From contig NW_027361917.1 in NCBI RefSeq assembly GCF_039654945.1, positions 58,652,001 through 58,716,000 of the forward strand: 64,000 nt of DNA, read 5' to 3'. This document shows, one piece after another, positions 47,401 to 57,000 of the stretch. This DNA is from Dendrobates tinctorius (Eukaryota). A program made the translations under genes and the position numbers. The notes below the pieces were generated by a model. The model was not told the origin of the DNA and ran no database searches. It saw only the letters and a program-made list of their open reading frames with translations. Position 1 is the first letter of the stretch. Each line of letters begins with the position of its first letter.

Positions 47401-47559
47401 ATGTGGCTGTAACTCGACTCCACCTGTCCCGAATACCTGGTCTATTTGTCCGAGCCAGGCCTTCTCTTTAGCTCGAAAATCCATATCCAAAACACCAAAA
47501 GAACCTGTGCATAACACAGTAAAATTAATACATAACCATATTAAGGATACTAATCCCAT
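44422..47559 (-). CDS. PLE RT + GIY-YIG, copy 5
   Basis: Intact ORF with the same motifs. Confidence 0.97.
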   Translation of the reverse strand: MGLVSLIWLCINFTVLCTGSFGVLDMDFRAKEKAWLGQIDQVFGTGGVELQPHMDQTLDSQVLEIEKLLLKRTRIWWNRAFLEKYVSFNIIPRGLRIRVIPSFPIDDDDFISRWEEACGVCSNVFLKLLIERNSKLIVDLDKSIDEAERNFKALCPSEKVVEYESRIEKNLDICVKKINEMQTSKLHRDTKDFANKSVYAWRKFNIKAPKMHGVFSVSSLSSMSDSSEWSTSSITTRSGARSKRVRDVNFHPYKRMKFRSPERTNNNNKVINLSSHILTDSDLSLLSRGLTFSPKSHFNAFMAIKDLHLFARSLIFKRHFFNSDLQNLFPTEEEQVALQDLEDLSIEHTTGEGGKIPQSIRMKSKKFPPLATCAAIDLFVQVVTKDFMKIPGGVGRDNLSREERMRLDVLRGLPDIVLKPADKGGNVVIWPKFLYEKEAFRQLTNKVCYKRLTFNPLASFVLQLNKIINTAVQNGVITKELALTMQVQEPTIATFYLLPKIHKCLEAPPGRPIISGSGNYLEKVNRWIDSKLQPLVESLPSFLLDTGEFLRRVDGLHIGSGNMLVTGDIESLYTSIRHADGLAATRYFLNMSNLPTEIISLVIELLEFSLTHNFFTFMGSFYLQLQGTAMGASFAPSYANLFLGLWERDLPLSDQCQSMDRIPFWVRYIDDIFLVWQGNELQLSTFMEGINSNNMNIHITYHYDLTRVSFLDVNVWRDFDNTLQTGIFRKETSSNVLLHASSAHPKPLINSIPIGQFLRLRRICSNDQDFLVQAQDLSERFFERGYSRRSVKKAFNRARWSTRQSLLYKKRETKTDNKIRFITNYHAQFARMRGCLQKAWPILQTDPILNKFIPSKPSVTIRRSRNLKDYLVHSHYQPEPKQNFLSSVRPVCGCAPCGRCVACSNIERTDTFFNSSGTRTFNIRNRILCTSRYVIYFALCPCNLIYIGMTTRQLKTRVREHVLGIQAAAGQEDPSTLRTIPRHFKLKHGCDGSLLRIRGIDIINPGVRGGNLTQRLLQRETRWIWLLDTVHPKGLNEAISFAPFI

Positions 47560-47753
47560 TCAATCAGATATAAATATACCAATCCTAGACTAAAAGTATG
47601 AAAAATTGGGATTATAATGAGGGATATCTATAACAGGATAATCGCAAAATATAATAAATCACAGAGAAAAACAAGCGATCAAAGAAATCCGACCAACAAA
47701 AGATGTATAAGAAACATATAAAAATGTATTCAAGGAAACACAGAAAAAAAACA

Positions 47754-48015
47754 CAGGGCTACTTGCTCCTCTTCTGTGGGAAAAAGATTTTGCAAATCTG
47801 AGTTGAAAAAATGTCTCTTGAAAATCAGAGATCTAGCAAAAAGATGTAGATCTTTGATGGCCATAAAAGCATTGAAATGAGACTTTGGAGAAAACGTGAG
47901 TCCCCTACTCAACAGTGAAAGATCAGAATCAGTTAAAATATGAGAGCTCAGGTTAATTACCTTATTGTTATTATTAGTACGCACGTTTCGGCAGATGGCC
48001 TTTCTCAAGGGGTAC
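47754..48015 (-). other. Type-B spacer, third copy
   Basis: Identical junctions to 32679-32940. Confidence 0.92.
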
Positions 48016-48296
48016 AGGGAAAAGAGGAAGTAAGGGGTATTTAAGACAGAATCAACCAATCAATCCAAGGATCATACCCATGTGATCAATCACCAATGGT
48101 GCACGTGTGTCAAGGTTCCACCCAACCATAGCATCCGTTGTCATGGCTACATCCCATAGAACAAATTTATTCATATGGGTAATAGTAGACAGACTATCTG
48201 AAATAGAGAGCTAACACATAAATAAACACCTCCAAGATGGATCTCTTTATTAGGAATCACTGCTAGCATAAGTAGTAGCCACCATTATTATATTGA

Positions 48297-48789
48297 CGTG
48301 CGTTGGGGGGGGTATACTGGAGTGGACCGTTACATACAACCATAACAGGTATTAAGTCTGCTATTGTTTATTTGCTTATAATACTTATTTATGTACTTGT
48401 CCTGTTTGATCATATTATTATACCTTGTTAGGAACTGGCATTTATTTCTTCAATTATACATCTAGCTATATGCCTTCTATTGATGTTCCGAATAGGTCCT
48501 TTTACTCCATGTGTACCCCATTGGTCGCTTGCACGCTACCATGGTCAACTCATGATTCTAATTCCTGTCCTGTTTTTCTGTGTTTCCTTGAATAAATTTT
48601 TATATGTTTCTTATACATCTTTTGTTGGTCGGATTTCTTTGATCGCTTGTTTTTCTCTGTGATTTATTATATTTTGCGATTATCCTGTTATAGATATCCC
48701 TCATTATAATCCCAATTTTTCATACTTTTAGTCTAGGATTGGTATATTTATATCTGATTGAATGGGATTAGTATCCTTAATATGGTTAT
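48297..48789 (+). repeat. Inverted type-A pLTR/leader segment at the 5' end of the array
   Basis: Reverse complement of ~27406-27898. Begins CGTGCGTTGGGGGGGG, i.e. within hammerhead stem III. Confidence 0.95.
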
Positions 48790-48804
48790 ATACCAACAAC
48801 AGTG

Positions 48805-48882
48805 TGTGGCAACCTTGTGAAGACTTACAGAAAACGTTTGACCTCTGTCATTGCCAACAAAGGATATATCACAAAGTATTGA
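48805..48882 (+). pseudogene. C-terminal 25 codons of the interrupted Tc1 transposase
   Basis: [25 protein letters not shown]. Joining across the TSD restores a 340-aa ORF. Confidence 0.93.
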
Positions 48883-51800
48883 GATTAAATTTTGTTTCTG
48901 ACCAAATACTTATTTTCCACCATAATATGCAAATAAAATGAAAAAAAAAACAGACAATGTGATTTTCTGGATTTTTTTTTCTCAGTTTGTCTCCCATAGT
49001 TGAGGTCTACCTATGATGTAAATTACAGACGCCTCTCATCTTTTTAAGTGGTGGAACTTGCACTATTGCTGACTGACTAAATACTTTTTTTCCCCACTGT
49101 ATAAAGAGAAAAATCAGACAAACTGAAAATTTTGCAGTGGTCTCTTCAGTTTTGCCAGAGCTGTATTTGACACAATCAATTATTGTTTGATATGTTATCA
49201 CTCAGTTTGGACACTGTCTACTATCTTCATAAATGTATCATCACCGAGTGGGTTCCTTGTTTTTGACTTGGTGTCCTTCTGAAGCAGGAGTGCTGCAGGC
49301 TGCATTCTCTACTGATGTAATGCTTGGCAGTCTGTTCTCCTGATCTGCTCGTCTCATACACTGGTAACCCCAACCTTTCATATAATATAAACTCTGGAGA
49401 TAGATTCACAGGGACATCTATATTCGTCCTTAGCTCTTAACAGATAATTTACATATTCGGAAAAACATGGATTTCTCATCAACAAGACGTAAGATCGCAG
49501 ATATCAAGGTATCATTTTTTCAATTTTCTATGGCTACATTACCATATAAATGACTCAGGATTGTTGAGCCTACTGACAGATTCTCTTTATTATTTAACTG
49601 CCTTCAGCTTGGTTTCGAGCCATGATGACTTGGCTGTGTAGGAAGATCGATTCCCTTTAAGACCTAAGAAATTTTAGACATGGAATATATGGTGTATGAT
49701 CCCAATTAAGGCCCAGCTAATGAATTCTTGTCAAGTACAGTGAACTAGGCTGCACTTCATAGATCACATAAAAACACTGATTTAAAAATGGTATGCGGGT
49801 GGTCTTCCTTACACTTTCTTTTACTATGAGAACAGAATCAGCTTATTGGTATAATAGTACATCAAAATTCCGTGACAAAGTCAGAGTGACTTATCAACTT
49901 TCTCCCCTCAATTATCCTTTCACCAATATTTTACTGGAGGATGACTATGAATAAAACTTGTGGATTCTGTGGACCTGTAGTAAGCATAAACCCTAATAAA
50001 AATAAATCTCTTGGCTCAAGATTTTAGAGTGTATATTATGTCTTTCTTTATAGGTATGAAAATATTTTACATTACAGGCTTTAGGCTTTATTTAAGAACG
50101 TAATGTTGTATGTGATTGCTATTGGTATGCAATAAAAATAATATTTGTTAACATGTTGGTATTAGACAAAATGTTGTAAAAAATATGATATTTTGCAACA
50201 GTATGGACTATAGAAATCCCCCTTGTGTTGCAAAAAGTTTAAAATAAACATTGAGTTTATGGATAACGCAACCATTTTTTATATTGATGTATGATATTGA
50301 AATGGTATGGTGTATGGTTTCAGAAATTCTTGTGACCTGCAAAGCCAGGCATATGTAATGTGCAAGAGATCCCTGACAAGAAAGATATGTGTTTGTGAAT
50401 TTAAATGTCATGACAATACAAAAAGAATTGCCATCCACCAGTGGTTTTCTCATGAATCATCAAGCTAATCTCCATGCTAAATCTACTTGAACAGACCATT
50501 AATTCCTCCCTTGCTGGAATTGCTAAATCTCGTGGACCACTGCTTTTATTCTATCTTCCTGTTTGTTCCTGATAGCAAAGTATTATGGAAACAATGGACC
50601 ATGCTTTTAGTTTCATAAAAAAAAGAAGCGAATGTGTAATGTTTGGAGCCTTCGAAATATAAAAGATGGATATTTTTAGAGGCATTGAATCCAAGGTACT
50701 TACAAGAATATAAAGTGTATACTCCATTGATGGATTTTTGTTTTAAACCTATAATAAACAGAAAATGCAGCTGATGGCTTCTGGGACATTCTAAAAGATC
50801 ATATACTAAGTAATGCTTTTAATCTAGAAAATATGGATGAAAGGTATTCTTCCGATACCTTTAGAAGAATTGATTAAATTGTTTGAGATAGGTGTAGATT
50901 TTTTCATAACAGAACAAGTTCAGGAGGAAATTAGTTAGGTAAACAGTAGAGAAGAGATATTAAAGTTCCTTAAAGTTGCTTGAACACTCTGCAATATTAT
51001 TTATGAGGATCATAAAAAAAAATTCCTGACGCATTTTCCACATCACTTAAGACTCATTGAGTGGGCTTATGGCGTCAGGTGCAGAAGTGCCAGCTACCCC
51101 AAAATGCCCTGCAACTATCACATCACATGGTCTCGTGCAGCAAGTCAAGGGGGGTTTTCACAGCCAGTATGATAGAAGCCAGGAAAGGAGCATGATTTCA
51201 TGCCGGTACTTTTAGGAGTAGGAACTAAGAACAGACAGCATAGTAATAAAATCCTAATCCAATTGTGGTGTACTTCTTCAGTGCTGATGAAGCAGATTTA
51301 ATGGGATTAGTAGTCTAATGCCTTGCTCACATGAGGGTATAACATGGCCAAGTGCTCCACCAATGTTTTATCAGATAGCACTCTGCTCAATGTAATACTA
51401 TTGGGCAGCTCAGGTCAGTGATTACTTTCTCATGCCAATTCGGCATGAGAAAACAATTTCAGCATGCTGAGATTTGCGGCTCGGCTCACCTACACCCATA
51501 CAAGTCTATGGGTGCGTGTGAAACATTGGACTACACTCAGATGTCATCACAGTGCAGTCCAATATACAGGATAGGCAATGGAGGAAATGGAGAAATTACT
51601 TTCTCATGCGAGACGATTGGAGCATGGAGCACTGACACTCGGCTCACGCTAGCATAACAGGAGCCTATTGTCATTAGCATTGGATGTTATACACTCGTCT
51701 GACTCCTGCCTAAGTCTGTGAATACTAATCTAAAGGTTTAAATGATACTTATGGAACTGCTGCAACTGTATAGTAGTTCACATTTTAGTTTTTGAATGCT

Positions 51801-52593
51801 TGTTTAATTGTCATACTAAGATACCGTACAACCCACGAGCATAATACATTCCTCTGACTCAGCATCTATCTCCATAGTAAGTATAAATAATAGGGTGTAC
51901 CACTATATAGGCCAATAAATCAATGTAAACACATGCCACAAAAAAGGGTGTTGCAACATGCATGGAGATACTGTATCTTTCTCCGCACATGACAGCTAAT
52001 CTAATGTAACTTTAACAGCTGCGGGATGAGCGGTGCTCCACCCCCAGATGTTAACCTGTTAAATCCCAAGGTCTATCAGTGACTGCGGTATTTAACACGA
52101 CGGTGTTCCCATCGGTATGCCCATGGCGTGATCACGGGGTGCAGGTTAGTTGACATGACAGCAAAACCTGAGGCACTAAGTATATCATATCAATAGATGA
52201 CTAAAGTGAAGGTACAATGTCCATATAGGTGATCATAAGAAATTTAACATAACATCTTGACATTGGGGTCATTAGTTCTGCTAAATTCTTAGTAAGAGAT
52301 ATACAATAAAAAGCCTAATGAGACGTTTCTTTATAACATCCACAACATATAAAATGTAAGTCAAGAAAAAAAAATGTAGAGAGAGAAAAGAAGAAAGCAG
52401 TAGAGAAAGAACAAGGCAAGAAAGACAGGGAAGGGGGGTTATCAGACTAAGGGTCTGGTGTTTGGTGATCCTCAATGTTTTCTGGATACTCAGCAGAAAA
52501 TCTGAATTTGAGCCAATAAAACAAAGTTTTATAAAAACGGTTGTAGGAGTTGCTAGCTTTAGTGGTCAATCCCTCGATCAACATCATCTCTAA

Positions 52594-53743
52594 TGTGACA
52601 CCCCAGAGTCCAGTTGTCACAGTGACATTGCCTCCCTCTATGAGGTGAAGTCATGCTTGGAGGCAGAAAGGGGACCCCCATGCCAGGTAACAGATTAAAT
52701 CACAATTCCTGCTGCAGCTCAGAAAAGGGAGCTGCCTTATAAATCCTGGCCAGCAGAGGGGGTGGTGAGTCAGCTAGAAATGTGAGCTGTGAGGAAAGTG
52801 ACAAGACAGTTAAACATGAGGTAAAAAAATCTTTCTGGAAGATCCAGTCAGTTCAAGAGAGGGAGCTGATACAAGAGGCTCTGGGGAAGCTGCAAACAGC
52901 ATATAGCAGCCCCCAGAGCGAAGCGCTATTGGAGAGAAAGGGACGCCAGAGTCCTTGGTGGTCAGGAGCTGTATGCCCTGATCTCCAAATCTGAAAGTGC
53001 AGGGGATTGTAAATTTCTGTGTGACATTGAGCACCTGAGGGCATGGCAGGAGATAAAGAGCCCGGGGCTGACGGTGAAAAGGATGGTACCCATGGAATAG
53101 GTTCATGCTGACAACCGTACAGGTTAGTGAAATCATCATGCAATTGAGGGTTGCAGCATAGTTATAATCAGTGGAGACCCACACACAAAGCGCAAAAGGA
53201 AGGTCCTAAACCCCCACCTGACAAGGTGGATCCCCTGAATGCCTCAAGGCAAGCCGGACACATTCCATCACCTGTATGTGGTACTCCGGATTGCAACCAA
53301 TTACCAGTAAAAGGAAAAGAAACTGCACCTCTCTGTGTCCTCCTCTCATTTCTCTGCACCCCACCGTTCACAGCCATTTTGACTATCAATCTAACATCTT
53401 TGCTCTGGGACTATTGCTCTACCTGTGGAGAGCTATCTTCACCTCAGCTGCACCACATCAACAGTCTCAGGGGAACAGCACAGCAGCGCTGGTCACCTCT
53501 GACCAGAATACCACAGGTGGCGTCAAGTATTTAACCATCTATAAACTTTCTTAATTTTTACCACATCACCAACAACTTTTCCCCTTCCCCTTTCATCATT
53601 TAATTTAATAGACGCCCGAGGGCCACGGACCGGATCGCCGCAACACCATCCCCCGTTGAAGTCGACGGGTCCAGTACCGAGTACCCCACGGCCCTGCACC
53701 ACCGCGCGCACCCTCATGCTGCCGTGTGTGCCCGGGCGCTCCA
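52594..53743 (+). repeat. 5' LTR
   Basis: TGTGACACCCC...GGGCGCTCCA, a direct repeat of 60246-61416. Confidence 0.93.
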
Positions 53744-53745
53744 AC

Positions 53746-53760
53746 TGGCGTCACGAACAG
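53746..53760 (+). promoter_or_regulatory. Primer binding site, tRNA-Ser(CGA)-type
   Basis: TGGCGTCACGAACAG, 2 nt after the LTR, complementary to a vertebrate tRNA-Ser 3' end ..CTGTTCGTGACGCCA (tRNA assignment from memory). Confidence 0.8.
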
Positions 53761-54016
53761 ACCCTAGCGAGCCTAGCAAAGCTAGGTAAAGGAGCCTGGC
53801 AAAGCAGGGTACTGTGCGCCATAGACTTTATAAATTGTGTGCTAAAGACTTTACTGAGCTTTCGAGTAACCGCCAAAACTGCGTCACACAGTGCGAGCAG
53901 AGAGGGGCGTGCCAGTGAAGCTGGAGCTGCGCTCTATTGTGAGCTAGTGAAAGACAGGAAGAAAACTGCCCAACTCGGGTGAAGATTCAGCGGCAGTCGC
54001 AGCCGCAGCCTCCATA

Positions 54017-57000
54017 ATGCCGCTATCAATGTCATATATACCAGGAGCAGCCTGGTTACCTCAATACTCAGGGGAGTCGCACACCCTGAGCGATTTTAAA
54101 GAAAGACTATGTAGTTTGTTCAAAGTGTACCCCCTGTCAGAAAGCCAAAAATTCAGTATCCTCATTTCCAGTTAACTGGTGCGGCCCAGAGGGAAGTAAA
54201 GTCCTGGCCGGACACCGATAAAGGGACTGTCCAACAAATCTTGGCCAGACTGAAGAACACTTTTGATACCCGCACTACAACAGAGATAAAAATGAGATTC
54301 TTTGGGTGCAAACAGAGAGTGCAGGACAGTATATGGGACTATGCCCTTAATCTTCAGGAGGCGCTACGGGCCGTAATGCAGGTTGACCCTGAGAGCGTGC
54401 AAGATGAAGATAGACTACTAACAGAGCAGTTCATAGAGGGACTCCAGTCTAACAATCAAAGGACACAGCTGCGCATAATGGCCCTACAAAATCCTGATTT
54501 GGACTTTGCACACTTTAAGGATAGAGCCATCCGAGTGCTGCGTGAACCGAATCCTGGCAGCACAGAGCCCTCTAAGCATCCTGCAATTACATACCTGCAG
54601 GAGACAGCATCCTTTCCAAAGACCTCTATTGAGACTGACAAGCCATCCCAAGATGATGATTCTGCTGCAGGCTTACATCTCCAAGTCAAGGAACTAACCG
54701 AAAGTGTGACTGCACTAACAAAAACTGTGAAATCCCTGCAAGTGACTCCAAAGAATAAGATCCAGCTGGCCTCCAGTCCAGAAGACATCCTGTGGTGATA
54801 GCAGAAGAGGATCCCACCGACCAGAGGGAGAGACAGTGATCGTTACAACGAGGACGGACAGCCCATCTGTCGCCGCTGCAACAAGACGGGACACATAGCC
54901 GGATCCTGTCATTTAAACAAGCAACCCCTGGGGCAAAGGGCCAACCCTCAGGAGTAAGATGACTAGGCCCACCAAATTGGTGAGACAAGTACGTAGGAGG
55001 ACGACCAGTCCTGCCTGTTGTGATTGACGGTTTTCCGATGAACGCTTTACTGGACACCGGCTCCCAGGTGACAACGATACCATATGTTCTTTTTAAGCAG
55101 TGCTGGGCAGATTCAGACATTACTCATAGCCTAGATAAAGACCTCACCATTTTTGCCAGCAATGGTCAGCCCTTGCCTCAGATGGGATATAAAGAGGTGA
55201 CCATCAAGATTGGCCGAGTAGAATTGCAATCGCAAGGTTTGATAATAGTTGATATTGACAAACGAGAATGCCATCCTATGATCACTTTAGGCACTAATGT
55301 AATTGATAATTGTCATTGAGAAATTATTGTTTTGTTACAACAGGTAGCCGAGACCGCCAGCTCCAGTCAGCAATGGGTTCTGCAAAAGGAGATCAGAGCC
55401 CTAATGCAGAGACAACAGGTAGAGCTGTCAGGTGGAGAAGTCGGCAGTGTCAGAGTAAGTGATCCTTTCCCCATTGCAGTACCTCCCAGAAGTGAAATGT
55501 TAATTTGGTGTCTGGCAGCAATAGGCCTCAGGGGTCAAGATTACCAAGTCCTGGTAGAACCCATGTACTCTGATAGTAGGCCCACTATCCTGACAGCCAG
55601 AGGGTTAGGTGATGTCCACAAGGGGAGAGTACCAATACGCATCTTAAATTGTGGGGAGAGAGAGGTTCAATTACCCCGGTATGCCACCCTTGCTAAATTG
55701 TTCACTGTTAGAAATAATGCAATCAAGACACTAGAACCCTTGCTTCCATCTGACAGGGTGGAAGAGAATTGCTCTGAAGGGCTGCAGGAGGTTTGGTGTC
55801 AGCAGCTACACGTAGGCGCTGACTCCACCCCTTCGCACCAAAAGCATGGGGCTTACCGGGTGGCTCGAGAATTAGAATGGGTCTTCAGCAAGCATCCTCT
55901 AGACTTTGGGCAGGCAAAAGGGGTTCAGCATCATATCCCCAACGGAGATCATCCACCCATTAAAGAGAAGCACCTGCCTGTACCCCCAGCACACTATCAA
56001 TGTGCCAAGAGTATGTTACGGGAGATGAAGGAGGCTGGGGTAATCAGAGATAGTTGTAGCCCCTGGGCAGATCCATTAGTCCTCATTAAGAAGAAAGATG
56101 GTACTATGAGAATGTGTGTAGACTACAGGCGGATTAACATCATTACACATAAGGATGCTTACCCATTGCCTAGAATTGAGGAATCACCAGCCGCACTGAG
56201 AACTGCTATTTATTTCTCTACCTTAGATCTCACCAGTGGGTATTGGCAGGTTCCTGTGGCAGAGGCAGACAAAGAGAAGATGGCATTTACAACACCAATG
56301 GGCCTGTTATAAGTTTATACTAGAATTCTATGGAGCCCAATGATGTGGGTCAGAAATTAAGACAGACACAGTATATCACAGTTCAAGATGTATATATATC
56401 TTATTGCAGAAATATGCACTTCAGCTGACAGATGCAAAGCAGACAATAAGACAGTCTCAGTAGTATGCACAAGTAATAGTACAGACCGAGGGTGCGAATA
56501 CTAGTCCAGCAATGCGGAATCCAGGACCCAGAGCCCGGGCCTAATGGAGAGCAGACCGTAGCAGAGGTGGGTGCAGAGCAGGTATAGCAGCAGAGTCCTT
56601 CCATAGTACATAGATACGGGAACAAGCGGGGTATCCCGAAGAGTAGAAGGGGCAAACAGGCTGCTAGTCCTTCCAGCTTGGCAGCAAGTAAAGAACAAGA
56701 TACACAAGCAATGGATAGTGTGCAGAGTTCCCTTATGTATACAGCAAACAGGAAACAAGGAGTCTCAGACAGGAAACAAGATGGCCCCCGTGAAGCCAGC
56801 AACTCCATCTTGGTAAGGGCAGTATCCATCAGAAGTAAGGGCAAGGGTTCATCAGAAGTAAGGGCAAGAGCAAGGGCAGAATCCATCAGAAGTAAGGGCA
56901 AGAGTCCATCAGAAGTAAGGGCAAGAGCAGACAAAACAGATATACAATCCCAGTCCTTACAGGGCCTCTGCGAGTTTAACTACATGCCGTTCAGGCTCAG

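Larger units (their letters stand above)
22476..48789 (-). mobile_element. Tandem array of five full-length Penelope-like (Neptune-type) retroelements plus an inverted terminal segment, as one insertion
   Basis: Unit periods 5051/5012/5012/5051 bp. TSD ATACCAACAACAGTG(T) at 22460-22475 and 48790-48805. Inverted segment at 48297-48789. Confidence 0.97.
21163..49099 (+). mobile_element. Inner Tc1 element with ~207-bp TIRs, inserted near the right end of the outer Tc1
   Basis: TA|CAGTGGGGAAAAAAAGTATTTAGTCAG (21163-~21369) is mirrored almost perfectly at ~48893-49099|TA. Confidence 0.96.
19601..49163 (+). mobile_element. Outer Tc1 element (short TIR), ~1.6 kb once nested inserts are removed
   Basis: TA|CAGCTCTGGCAAAAATTAAGAGACCACTGCA ... 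TGCAGTGGTCTCTTCAGTTTTGCCAGAGCTG|TA (31-bp TIR, 2 mismatches). Confidence 0.93.

Noticed and set aside
22476-48789. Simple rolling-circle copy of one circular monomer, or a pure assembly duplication
   Set aside because: Two spacer types and interleaved shared and private SNPs are incompatible with a single template. Assembly error is not fully excluded without reads.
56678-56961. Novel N-terminal extension on the Gypsy RT ORF
   Set aside because: Read-through from the inserted solo LTR. The RT frame resumes only after the TSD.
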